Translations under genes and position numbers: made by a program
The notes under the pieces: generated by a model
What the model was told of the DNA's origin: nothing
What the model saw: the letters and a program-made list of their open reading frames with translations, nothing else
Database searches by the model: none
In this document: positions 1 to 11,365 of the stretch, piece by piece
Layout: every line of letters starts with the position of its first letter
Position numbering within the stretch: position 1 is the first letter of the stretch
Origin: Octopus vulgaris
Taxonomy: Eukaryota
Length of the DNA stretch: 64,000 nucleotides
Direction of reading: 5' to 3'
Assembly (NCBI GenBank): GCA_951406725.2
Contig: OX597819.1
Location: 55,614,001-55,678,000 of the forward strand

Positions 1-818
1 AGACATAGGGTCTTCCAGCAGCCACCCTCTTGACCCAGGGCAGCACTACCTCCTCCAGGCACTTGGTGTAGGCTTCCATGTTGAGTTTGAGACCGTGTGG
101 GTAGATGAATGGAGGCATAACGTCGCCATCAATAGTGATCACTCCAAACACTATGATGTTGACCCGATGTTTGATTTTTTATCACTTTTGGCGCCTGTTT
201 TGGGGACACAGAAATCCAACAGTCATTCTGTGTGTTCACCATCTGATCCTGGCAGAAATTCCTCTCATGTAAGAAAAACCGAAGTATGTTCAGTTGGGGG
301 GGATGCTTGAGTTTATTCAAAAGTGTCATAGTGCAGTCTTTCCTCTTGTCCTTGATGGCTTGGGATAAAAATTGGCCCTTTCTCATTTTGTATGAGGAAT
401 ACCGGGTGTCTTCATGCACTACCTGCCTGATAAGAAACTCACTATGGACCTGATTGACTTGGAGGGATCAATGTCAATCACGCCCTGTATCATACCAACA
501 AATTCAGGAGTTCTTTTCTTATCAGAATGATCAGAGTGAGTTTTCCGAGCTGCTGTACCTCTGTAATCACCATTAGACTCATCCAACTCTTTCTGAATCC
601 TCTGCACTGTCCTCAGATTGACACTCAAACACTCTGAAATGTTCATATTAGAGCTTCCAGTGTGAATGCCAAGCACTGCAGCATGTCATTTCCAAATTTC
701 TGACAGACAGTGCCCAACTGACCCCACTTTACTGTGTAGTTGACAAAATCAGAAACAAACAGTGTGCATGTATGAAATTAAAAATATAAAATGGCAACAA
801 TTTACCCATCATACCCTG
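1..818 (-). mobile_element. Tc1/mariner-superfamily (maT/DD37D-like) transposon, 5' part, decayed
   Basis: ORFs 419-676 (HTH-like, RTVQRI, DPSKSIRSI) and 129-419 (FF..E.NFCQDQMVNTQN..W); terminal repeat ...tttacccatcataccctg followed by TA at 819-820. Confidence 0.8.
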
Positions 819-819
819 T

Positions 820-925
820 ATGTATGTGTATATATATATGTATGTGTATATATATATGTATGCATATATATATGCATGTATGTGTATATATATGTCTATA
901 TATCTATGTATGTGTATATGTATAC

Positions 926-962
<37 letters not shown>

Positions 963-1196
963 TATGTGTGTATATATATATGTGTATATAAGTATGTATG
1001 TGTATATATATGTATATATGTGTGTGCGTGTATATATATATGTGTGTGTATATATATATATGTATATGGATTCAAGTAATCCGGTAGTACTTGTAAAAAA
1101 CTTTCTCATATATGTATATTGTATCAAGTGTACTTGAATGTATCTATATATGGACCTATTTGTGTATTAATGTATATGTGTGCCTGTATGCTTTTT

Positions 1197-1253
<57 letters not shown>

Positions 1254-1343
1254 GATTAAAACATTTTTGGTAATGTACAGGATAGTATATTAGTAATAAT
1301 AATAAGGTTAGTTAGAAGAAATGAAGGAATTTTCCCCTTTGTT

Positions 1344-1421
<78 letters not shown>

Positions 1422-1445
1422 TATATATATATATATATATAAATA
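820..1445. repeat. Compound (TA)n/(TG)n/(TC)n microsatellites (representative)
   Basis: Direct reading; similar tracts at 2130-2720, 10540-10640, 11195-11365, 12275-12326, 52815-52868, 53575-53632, 57803-57892, 63605-63820. Confidence 0.95.
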
Positions 1446-2131
1446 CAGGCACAGAAAATGAAATGCAATAGGATGATGTAAAATAAAATATTTACATCAT
1501 TACATTTAAGAATATGTCTACTACTTGAGAATGCTTGTGTCTCTACTCAAGAGAGAAAGTGCAATTTCCTTTATGTGAACACTTATGAGGACTGTGAGGG
1601 TATGGGTGTAAATTGAAGTGCATGAGGTAGTCACGTGACAATTTAAGGCTGATTGCAACAGTGATGTCAAGAGATGTGTTCGTCTTACTGTCTGTGTATT
1701 GTGTTCTATGTTAACCATAAGAACTATAGATCTGAGCCAAAATTATTTAAGAAAATTGATAGTATTTTATCGCCTCGTCTGATTGTCTATGTAAATGTGT
1801 TGCGTGTGTGAATAATGAGTAGTGACTGTTAAGAACACCATCATCATTTAGCATCTGCTTTCCATGTAGATGGTTTGACAGAAAACTGGTAAGCTGGAGA
1901 GCTGCACCAGGTTCCAGTCTGATTTGGCATGGTTTTTATGGATGGATGCTCTTCCTAGCGCCATCCATTCCAAAAGTGCAATGGGTGCCAGTCATCTGAT
2001 ACTGGCATTTGACTACAACTATGATTTCACTTGATGAGTCTTCACAAGCATAGAATATCGCCAAAGATCTTGGTCACTTATCTCCTCCATGAGGCCCAAT
2101 GTTTGAAGGGTGCCTGTTATGTGACACTGGC

Positions 2132-2182
<51 letters not shown>

Positions 2183-2292
2183 CAGATCTGACTGGCCTGG
2201 TGCAGCCTTCGGGCTCCCCAGACCCCAGTTGAACCGTCCAACCCATGCTAGCATGGAAATCGGACGTTAAATGATGATGATGATGATGATGA

Positions 2293-2332
<40 letters not shown>

Positions 2333-2366
2333 AATGTGACCTTCTCGGGATCTTTCCTTCTCCTAT

Positions 2367-2401
2367 GTTTCCGACGAAGAGCTCCGCTCGAAACATTAAA
2401 C
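2367..2401 (+). ncRNA. Variant minimal hammerhead-like motif (core CCGACGA)
   Basis: gttt CCGACGA a gagc-tcc-gctc GAAA ca TT aaac; stems I and II perfect, U4 replaced by C; lies in a short repeat (~2330-2500) between (TA)n tracts. Confidence 0.55.
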
Positions 2402-2496
2402 CCTCCTTCTTTCCTTCTTTCCTGAGCGTCCAATAATACTATATTTGTTCCACGTCCTCGCGTTGTTGTGTTTTTTGTGCTTTCTTGTTTGGATTA

Positions 2497-2538
<42 letters not shown>

Positions 2539-2620
2539 TGCACTTGGACATATACATTTAAACATATGTACAAAACGCATTCATAAAAATGCATATATAT
2601 ATATATATATATATATACCA

Positions 2621-2651
<31 letters not shown>

Positions 2652-2658
2652 CATACCA

Positions 2659-2690
<32 letters not shown>

Positions 2691-2859
2691 GTCATAATTA
2701 CCAACATGCACATATATGCATATAAATATTTGTTTGTAGTGTACAGAATTTATAAAAAATAGTAAAAAATTGCAGCAAAGTCCATTCAAACAGACAGTCA
2801 TGTTGAAGTGGCTACAAACAAACAAAATATTAAGATAGTTAAACAGTAATGAGTAGTAT

Positions 2860-4500
2860 TTTCATGCTATAGGAATTTTTGAAGACGAATATATTTTTTT
2901 TTCTTTTTGGTCACATTATTTTGGGTGCTTCTCCATTTCTAAATGATATGTCAAATCATCTCAAAAGCATTTGCTGATGGGAAACATCTTAAGTTCGTTC
3001 TTCTGGCAAATTTCAAAATGTTTTGAGAGATTATTTTTAGTTTTGGGCTACATATTTGTTGCACATGTATCCTAATCCATTCAGACAAAGAATTTCCAGT
3101 CTAGTGAATATGATTTTTCTTGTATTTGGAACAGTTGATGCAATATATAAAAGATTGTCCACTTCTGAACCAGTTTCCAATTTGTAATTGTTGCTGCTGC
3201 AAGTATTATATCTGTTATTTCCACAGGTTTTTACAGAAAACTTTGAAGTATTTTCCAAAGTGAATATTGCTTTGGCAAAAAGTTCCTCAACACTTTTTGT
3301 TAATAATTGGATTTTTGTTGATTAAATCTTTCATTTTTGTATTTTGCAAAAGGATTGGGAGCTTTGCTTTGATGCAAGTGGTTTTGCCATCAGAGCTAAA
3401 GGTGTTTTCTTCTGATCTTAATTGTAGAGCTTTGATGATGAAATCTGTTATGAAGTGTTTGTTAATCATGTCTCTATGCCTTCTACCCAATATTTCACTG
3501 CTGTTAAGCCTCCTAATGTCTGGTATATTGGCACAGAGACTAGTGACGTTAAAGTTTGTTAAAATGGTGCACTTTGGGACCATTGATGGTATGTATTTAA
3601 GGAAGTCCATTTTATCACATATGTAGCTTGGGCTCTTTGGTGAGAGTAGCTTAAATCTATTAGGTGACATAGGTGTTGTGTTGATGATTGTGGTCCTATC
3701 ATTGTTGTTCTCAGTGTTTCAGTGTATTAGTTATTTTGTTCATTTACAGCTTCCTGCATTTTCAAGCCCTCATGAGCTTAGGGCAATCTGTAAAACCTGC
3801 TTGCTTTACTTTTGAAATTACAAACATTGTCAATTTCTTTCTCTGTGAAAGGAGCTTCAGCATAAGTTGGTTTAACCCTTTAACATTTAGATTACTCTGT
3901 CAAAAGTACTGCTTATTTATTCTTGTTATTTTGAATTAATCATGCATTATCTTGAAGCTTCAAAATTTCAATGATGTGATAGTTTATTTTTAGAATGACA
4001 TTATAGGGTAAGTGCGAGAGGTTGGATGTGGTCAGTTTGAACATTAAACAGATAGAATATCATGGCCAGATGTTGGTTTAAATGCTAAAGGGTTAATGAG
4101 CTGATTTCATTACTTTATAGTTGTTTTCCCCAGGTTTCTTATCTCTTCTTTGCAGCAGTTACTACCCATTAATTGTTCAAGTAGTTTTCCATTGTAATAT
4201 TCTGTATCCATAATGATAATTGCCCTGTTCCTTATTGGTTTCAATTAGTATCATTCTCCAATTTTTGTACAGCTTTTTTCTCTTCTTTCTGAAGGTTCTA
4301 TTTACATTTATGGCTGCTAATGGTGAATTTTGATATCATATCACTGTAAGTAGCCAAATGTTCATCTCTTCCTTTATGCAGAGTAAAACTGGATATATTC
4401 ATGACAAATGAATTGTCCTTTTCATCTTTGCTGTCATTTAAGAATTTTTGTTAGGTGGAGGCATTGGCTAAAGTTTTGAATGTCTGCTTTCATCACAGTT
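2860..4500 (-). mobile_element. Decayed Penelope-like retroelement (RT plus GIY-YIG remnants)
   Basis: ORF 3287-3670 has SYI.D..DFL..IP..VP..TIL..F.VTSL..NIP (PLE RT motif A region) and N.FS.DGK; ORF 3037-3258 has KTCGNNR..TC...TG and NLLY of the Zn/GIY-YIG region; many stops and frameshifts; boundaries approximate. Confidence 0.75.
3876..4092. mobile_element. piggyBac-type MITE (related copy at ~31262-31480)
   Basis: ttaa|ccctttaacattt ... aaatgctaaaggg|ttaa. Confidence 0.8.
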
Positions 4501-4699
4501 ATATTTAAGATTAGTGCAGGAGTAAATTTGAATCCTCTTAAAAGTAAGTAAATTTCGTTTTTGCTTAAATCCCTTTTCGATAAATTTCATATTTTCTAGT
4601 CAATAAATAGACAACAGCACTAAAAAGGCAACAAAACTAACTGAGTATATCTCAACTTAGGACACCCTAACAAAAAGTAGGGGAGAATGTATGTACTTT

Positions 4700-5105
4700 T
4701 TCTGTCTTTTACTTGTTTCAGTCATTTGACTGCAGCCATGCTGGAGCACCGCCTTTAGTTGAGCAAATCGACCCCGGGATTTATTCTTTGTAAGCCCAGT
4801 ACTTATTCTATCGGCCTCTTTTGCCGAACCGCTAAATAACGGGGACGTAAACACACCAGCATTGGTTGTCAAGCAATGCTAGGGGGACAAACACAGACAC
4901 ACAAACACACATGCATACATACATATATATATACATATATACGACAGGCTTCTTTCAGTTTCCGTCTACCAAATCCACTCACAAGGCATTGGTCGGCCCG
5001 GGGCTATAGCAGAAGACACTTGCCCAAGATGCCACGCAGTGGGACTGAACCCGGAACCATGTGGTTGGTTTGCAAGCTACTTACCACACAGCCGCTCCTG
5101 CGCCT
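4700..5105 (-). mobile_element. Abundant tRNA-headed SINE family A (representative copy)
   Basis: Head ggcgcaggagtggctgtgtggtaag...ggttcagtccc, internal (CA)/(TA) tract, tail ...gaaacaagtaaaag. Other copies near 7700, 9540, 11365, 11882, 18970, 23282, 25251, 26905, 29720, 30352, 46780, 49050, 55620, 58530, 59713. Confidence 0.9.
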
Positions 5106-6029
5106 GTATGTGTATAATTTATGTATAACAAAAGTCGGGATGCATGGCGTTCAGTTATTCCATAAATGAAAAATGCATTGAGTACTACAAAACGTACATG
5201 TAGGACAGACGTGTATTTATATGTGCGTGTGTGAGTTTGCATGTGTATATTCATATATATGTGTGTGTGTGTATGTGTATGCATATGTGTTTACGTGTGT
5301 GTATTTGCACATATATTTGTATTGACAAAGAGAAATCGATACACTAAATATCTGACTGACATTAACATTGAGATCAATATAATCAATTGTGCCTCACAGT
5401 GGCCACAGTCCAATGACCGAAAAGCATTAAAACAACAGTAAAATAAATAACATAAAACTATATGATAACCATGATAGCAATATATAGACTTAGTTGATTG
5501 TGTTGTAGCAAACCACAGCTCAATACTGACCCAAAGACACTAAAACTTCCACTGAATATAGTTTGCCTTCCTCTTCCACTTGTGTATAAATAAACTAAGG
5601 AACAGTTCCTTTGTTTCTTCAGGCTAACTTTATTGTTATTACTGAGATACATATATATCCCCAGTCGAAAGACGCCTGTTGTTATGTCCTGTTATTATTA
5701 TTATTATTGTATTTTTGTATTTATATTCGTGTAACATCGTTTGTTTTTCCGTCCTTGTTTTCATATACATTCGATGCTTTTTTTTCCAAGGAATCTAACA
5801 CTCTGAGCTTAGTTTTTCCTTGGGGCTGGCCAGATTGGAGCAATCTCAAGATTAATCAGCCGAAATTGTGAGGATGATCCGGTTCTTGACTGAGGATAAA
5901 AGGCTTCGAATGACCTGTCCTTGTTTTTTTGTATTGTCTATCTGGATATTTTGTTGTCCCTTTTTGTATCACCTAGTTGTCTGGATGTTTTGCGTTCTTG
6001 TCCCATTTTGTATTTTACACACACACACA

Positions 6030-6283
6030 TTTCCTAGTTTCCTTGGCGTATAGGTTCCCCACCTGGATGGGATGCTGGTCTGTTGCAGGTGAGCTGCTAG
6101 ATGCAGGAGGAAAGAGTGAGAGAAAGTTGTGGCAAAAGAGTCAGCAGAAGTTTGCCATTACCTTCTGCCAGAGCCGGTTGGAGTTTAGGTGTTTTCGCTC
6201 ATAAATACACACATCGCCTGGTCTGAGATTTAATCCTGCGACCGCGAGTCCGCTGCTCTAACTACTAGGCCATGTGCCTCCAC
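6030..6283 (-). mobile_element. tRNA-headed SINE family D
   Basis: Minus head gtggaggcacatggcctagtagttagagcagcggactcgcggt; related copies ~22615-22911 and ~31990-32215. Confidence 0.8.
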
Positions 6284-6298
6284 ACACACAGATATATA

Positions 6299-6891
6299 TC
6301 TATATATATAAAACTCAACTTGTGTGTCTGTGTGTTTAACTTCCCGGCACATCTCCTCCTAGCCAACAAATCGTAGAACCACCAAAAATGGGTCACTTAA
6401 AGTTTAGGCGAATGAAAATTGAACTGCGCTATTTCTGTTCCGAAATTCATCTTGCAAGTGCAAAAATCGATAATGTGTTTGTTTAGGCCTTATCCCATGC
6501 ATTGAATAGTGAACTTTACTCAGTCAGCTGTTTGACGTGAACTGTGTTCACCACGCGTGCAAGCATGCATAAATTGCATGAAAAATAAAAAATCAAGATA
6601 TAAAAACAAATCGCTGTAAACATTGTAGAAATTCGGCAAAGAAATGAATTTTTGGGATGTAGCCTGGAGGGTTTTTTCGTATTAATCGTTTGGACTTTGT
6701 GAACACATACCAATTGTTTTCAAAACATTTTTAATGCTTTGAATTAAATGTGACCATTTTGCGTTGAGTCTGCAGTTTGAATCACTTTAACCAAATTTTA
6801 GCAGGCCGGATTTTTGATCATCACGATACATCGCCAGCAACTCCCTGAAACTCTACTCTGAAATCCCCGTTGAGCCGGGCAATACTGCTAG
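6299..6891 (+). mobile_element. Non-autonomous Helitron
   Basis: a|TCtatatatataaaa 5' end; cccg...cggg hairpin then atactgCTAG|t 3' end; no TSD. Confidence 0.8.
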
Positions 6892-7499
6892 TATATATAT
6901 ATATATGTATATATATACTGTATTTGATGGCCTATTTGACGCAATTTTTTTACCCCAAAATGGCTTTAAAAATCTCCTTGTGTCCAATGCACTCAATGTA
7001 GGCTCAAAACGTGCCCAAAACAGTATGTATGTTTACAAAACTTGTGCTGCCATTTATTGCCGGTGGCATGTAAAAAGCACCCACTACACTCATGATGTGG
7101 TTAGCATTAGGAAGGGCATCCAGCTGTAGAAACACTGCCAGATCAGACTGGAGCTTGCTGCTGCCTCTTGGCTTCCCAAACCCCGGTTGAACCATCCAAC
7201 CCATGCTAGCATGGAAAATGGACGTTAAACGATGATGATGATGATGGTAGTGGTGGACTGGAAGCCACTTGAATAATGGAAAAGAGTTACCTGCATCATG
7301 ATGATTTGTGCTAGGTATCGAAGTGTGAACATTGTGACTGTTGTCCAATGCTCTGTGAACACTTTAAAGGATGTAAGATATGACATGGGCAGCTGCAACA
7401 AAGAGACTACAAAGCTATAGCCAGCAAGAAGGTACACAACTGATTGCATCTGCGCACCTAAATTCATGTCCATGTCTTTGAACAGATCCTTAGGCTCAA

Positions 7500-8527
7500 C
7501 TCAGGCTGCTATGTGAAGCTGCTGGTAACTGTGATCAAACCCTGACTGGAGAGATTTGCTACTAGAAAACCATTTGTATGGCGACAGGATTCAGCTCCTT
7601 GCCATACCTCTGGAGTCATTCAGAAGTGGTTGCTGGAAAATTTCTATGGTTTCAGCAGCCCCAATTTCTGGTCTCCTAATTTCACCAATTGTAATCCCAT
7701 GTTGGAGCACCACCTTTAGTCACATATATTGACCCCAGAACTTATTCTTTATGAGACTAGTACTTATTCTATCGGTCTCTTTTTGCTGAACCACTAACTG
7801 ACGGGGACATAAGCACAACAACATCGGTTGTCAAGAGATGGTGGAGTGACAAACATATACATAACATTTATACACATATATGTATATGACATGCTTCTTT
7901 CAGTTTCCGTCTATCAAATCCACTCACAAGGCTTTGGTCAGCCCGAGGCTATAGTAAAAGACATTTCCCCAAGGTACCACGCAGTGTGACTGAACCTAGA
8001 ACCATGTGGTTGGGAAGCAAGCTTCTTACCACACAGCCACTCCTGCACCTATAATTATATATATCTTTTGTCTTTTATCTTATACTTGTTTCAATTATTA
8101 GACTGTGGTCGTGATGGGACACAGCCTTGAAGAATTTTTAGTCAAAAGAATCAACCCTAGTACTTACCCCACTAGCCGTGGGGTAAGTAACTTGCTTACC
8201 AACCACATCGCACCTTGGGCAAGTGTCTTCTACTATAGCCTCAGGCTGACCAAAGCCTTGTGAGTGGATTTGGTAAGACGGAAACTGAAAGATCAAAAAG
8301 GCGTTCAAAAATCTTCCTAAGGATACAGTGAAGAATACATGTGCCAGATTCTGGAGCTATCTTGCAGCCATGGTGGAAGCTGCGGGTGGCTACTTTGAGT
8401 AAACTCTTATCTCTCAGCCATAATCTAGTTGATATATTTTGATTTTTAAAATACTTTTATTTTTGGGTCAGATATTGTGTTTGCTTTCGGTTTTATGCAA
8501 ACTGTCAAATTTAGCCTGAACACCTTA
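7500..8527 (+). mobile_element. Same-type Tc1/mariner transposase 3' remnant, interrupted by the 7697-8292 insertion
   Basis: WRQDSAPCHTS...QKWLLENF...PNFWSPN..NCNPM before the insertion; IKKAFKNLPKDTVKNTCARFWSYLAAMVEAAGGYFE-stop after; TIR-like end aaatttagcctgaacacctta. Confidence 0.8.
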
Positions 8528-8557
8528 TATATATGTGTATTTTTCTTTGAATTTCAG

Positions 8558-8685
8558 ACATCAGTACTTGGTTTAAATGAGCACCACCAAGCTCAAGTGG
8601 TTGCATACATGCGTTTTGTCCGATTTCATCGAAGTCAGCAACTTCGTGCAATAAATTCCTGTTTTAATGATGTAAAATGCAGTAG
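8558..8685 (+). CDS. LZTFL1: LZTFL1/BBS17 coding exon A (first visible; presumed exon 2): TSVLGLNEHHQAQVVAYMRFVRFHRSQQLRAINSCFNDVKCS(R)
   Basis: Acceptor ttttctttgaatttcag, donor gtaagt; 128 bp, phase 0 to 2. LGLNEHHQ..V..YMRF and SCF.D.K.SRL match the LZTFL1 N-terminus as I recall it. Confidence 0.93.
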
Positions 8686-9860
8686 GTAAGTTTATATGTG
8701 TACATTATATATTTGGTCATTTTACCAAATATATACGTTTTATTTATTATTTTGCACATTACTTAATCATTGGTATATGTTTTTATGTTACATTTAATTT
8801 TTTTTCTATAGGATGTAATTTTTTTTCCATATGGTATAATTTAATTTTTTCATTGCTGAATTGATAAAAGGTGGTTTTTTTTCTAATTTATATATATATA
8901 TATGCAGAGAGAGAAAGGGCTAAGTCTGTCACTGCTGCACCTTTCTCATTATCTGTATTGTTTGTCACTACTCATTTGTGCTGTTCACTGGTTTAGGACC
9001 CAACTATTTTCCATTCTCCTCACTAACTCCATCATCTGACCTGCCCAGCCCATCTTGAAGCCTGTGCATAGTAGGTTGCATTAGACCAATTGTTCCGTGT
9101 TCACTCTACCTTCACCCTTCTCTGCCGTGCTGCTTATTTTCATCTTAGTTTCACTGTCATCATATTCTTGCATCTACCCTTCCATGCATCCTGAATCTCT
9201 ATCATTGCTCCATCGATGGTAATTTCTTCTCTTGAAAAGGCGGCGAGCTGGCAGAAACATTAGCATGCTGGGTGAAATGCTTAGTGGTATTTTGTCTGCC
9301 ATTACATTCTGAGTTCAAAGCCCGCCAAGGTTGACTTTGCCTTTCATCCTTTCAGGGTTGATAAATTAAGTACTAGTTGCGTACTGGGGGTCAATCTAAT
9401 TTACTGGCTCCCTCCCCCCAAATTTTGGGCCTTGTGCCTAAAGTAGAAAGAATTTCTTCTCTCGAGGTTACTTGACTGTACATAACTATATTTCATTCAA
9501 CACTGTTTGCATATATATATGTATATATGTTCTTATATTTATTTTACTTGTTTCAATCATTTGACTGTGGCCATGCTGGAGCACCACCTTTTGTCGAACA
9601 AATCAACCCCAGGACTTATTCTTTGTAAGCCTAGTACTTATTCTATCGGACTCTTTTGCCAAACTGCTGAGTTACGGGAATGTAAACACACCAGCATCGG
9701 TTGTCAAGTGATTGTGGGTGGGGGGCAAATATAGACACACAAATATATACATACATTCATATACACTCACACACACATATATACACATGCTGTGAAAGCA
9801 CACAGCACCCACGTGTGTTTTCAGTACGTATTAGCTGTATAAATTTATATCAATTTTAGT

Positions 9861-9934
9861 AACCTCACTGATGAATGTACAGATGACAAATTAATTTATT
9901 TGCTCGTTAATACAGAAACTTGAGTTTGGGGTTA
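9861..9934 (+). ncRNA. Minimal type I hammerhead ribozyme motif, copy 1 of tandem pair
   Basis: Stem I aacctca/tggggtt; CTGATGA 9868-9874; bulged A; stem II tgta/taca extended by atga/tcgt and caaat/atttg; GAAA 9915-9918; near-palindromic stem III act-tg-agt; GTT triplet, predicted cut after 9926. Confidence 0.72.
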
Positions 9935-10343
9935 ACTATAAAAATATTTTTTATTTTCATTCTCTTTGAAATTGCTTTTATTCGTGGTTTGGGTTTTGAC
10001 TGCCCTTTCTAGCATCTAAGGTGTCCTGTCAAAGGTTACCTCTTTCGTGTATAAATACTTAATTGTTTGTACACTATTATATATGAAAATATGTTGTCTA
10101 TTGACTTTATTACGCATGCTAGCCACTGGTATGAACAATTTTCTAAATTTTCAACCCTTATTATTCTCTTAGTAAAATTTTCGTAATTTCGAAGCCTTTC
10201 TGGTGTGCAGTTTTAAATTTGTTATTATTTGTTGCTGAATGTCACTGCACTTACACAGTGTATTTGAAAATATAATGTATAAGTATGCAGTACTCGTGAG
10301 TTTTCAGTACGTATTAGCTGTATAAATACATATTAATTTTAGC

Positions 10344-10415
10344 GACCTCACTGATGAAGTACAGATGAGAAATTAATTTATTTGCTCATTAATACAGAAA
10401 CTTGAGTTTGGGGTT
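10344..10415 (+). ncRNA. Minimal type I hammerhead ribozyme motif, copy 2 of tandem pair
   Basis: Stem I gacctca/tggggtt; CTGATGA 10351-10357; stem II gta/tac (A-A at its base) plus atgag/ctcat and aaat/attt; GAAA 10397-10400; same stem III; predicted cut after 10408. Confidence 0.68.
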
Positions 10416-10538
10416 AAATATAGAAATATTTTTTATTTTCATTCTCTTTGAAATTGCTTTTATTCATGGTTTAGGTTTTGACTGCCTTTCTAGCATGTAA
10501 GGTGTCCTATCAAAGTCACCTTTCATGTATCAATACTG

Positions 10539-10592
<54 letters not shown>

Positions 10593-10611
10593 ATATATGT
10601 ATGTGTGTGTG

Positions 10612-10641
<30 letters not shown>

Positions 10642-10642
<1 letters not shown>

Positions 10643-11195
10643 TCCCTTCTTGGGACACAAAACTCTACTTGTGAAGACGTGTTGAGGCAAGTGAGGATCA
10701 GAATCGAAATCGATCAATGGAAATTGCGGATGTGCTACCAGTGCCGGTGGCATGTCGAAACTCTGCTTGTGAAGACCCATTGAGGCAAGTGAGGATCAGA
10801 ATCGAAATCGATCAATGGAAATCGATCAATGGAAATTGCAGATGTGTTACCAGTGCCGGTGGCATGTAAGAGAACTTTCCGTTTCGCGACCGTTGCCAGC
10901 ACCGCTCCGTTTCGTGTCCGTTGCCAGCCTCACCTGGCCCTCGTGCCGGTGGCACATAAAAAGCACCATCCGTTCGTGGCCGTTTGCCAGCTCTGTCTGG
11001 CACCAGTGTGGGTGGCACGTAAAAAGCACCCACTACACTCACGGAGTGGTTGGTGTTAGGAAGGGCATCCAGCCGTAGAAACACTGCCAGATTTGACTGG
11101 GCCTGATGAAGCCTTCTGGCTTCACAGACCCCAGTAGAACCGTCCAACCCATGCTAGCATGGAAGACGGACGCTAAATGATGATGATGATGATGA
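10642..11195 (+). mobile_element. Repeat family C: 5'-truncated 3' UTR of the RTE LINE, (GAT)n tail (representative copy)
   Basis: 5' part matches the sequence just downstream of the RTE stop at 54135-54275; ends ...ccatgctagcatggaa..ggacgttaaa(tga)n. About 20 copies, e.g. 2183, 7058, 13124, 20878, 33991, 38905, 47350, 52215, 56275, 57892, 63301. Confidence 0.85.
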
Positions 11196-11235
11196 TATAT
11201 ATATATGTATATATATATGTGTGTGTGTGTGTGTG

Positions 11236-11280
<45 letters not shown>

Positions 11281-11329
11281 ATATATGTGTGTGTGTGTGT
11301 ATATATATATATGTATATATGTATATATA

Positions 11330-11365
<36 letters not shown>

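Larger units (their letters stand above)
9803..10537 (+). mobile_element. Non-coding partial tandem repeat (retrozyme-like / PLE pseudo-LTR architecture)
   Basis: About 250-bp direct repeats at ~9803-10058 and ~10287-10537, period ~482-483 bp, each containing a hammerhead motif; no ORF. Confidence 0.65.

Noticed and set aside
729-1137. YI/IY/CV-rich ORFs here and at 2.0-2.8, 10.5, 11.1-11.4 and 63.3-63.9 kb
   Set aside because: Translations of dinucleotide microsatellites, not proteins.
3586-3594. ATG-GTATGT as candidate LZTFL1 start exon
   Set aside because: Lies inside an antisense PLE RT remnant with no promoter evidence; the first exon could not be located and may be outside the window.
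4876-5169. Recurring ORFs such as RQASFSFRLPNPLTR and [13 protein letters not shown]
   Set aside because: Chance frames within SINE family A and repeat family C.
5710-6015. Structured repeat with ggctg/cagcc-GAAA and a separate CTGAGGA
   Set aside because: The motifs are in the wrong order or spacing for a hammerhead; no consistent stem I/III. Left unassigned.
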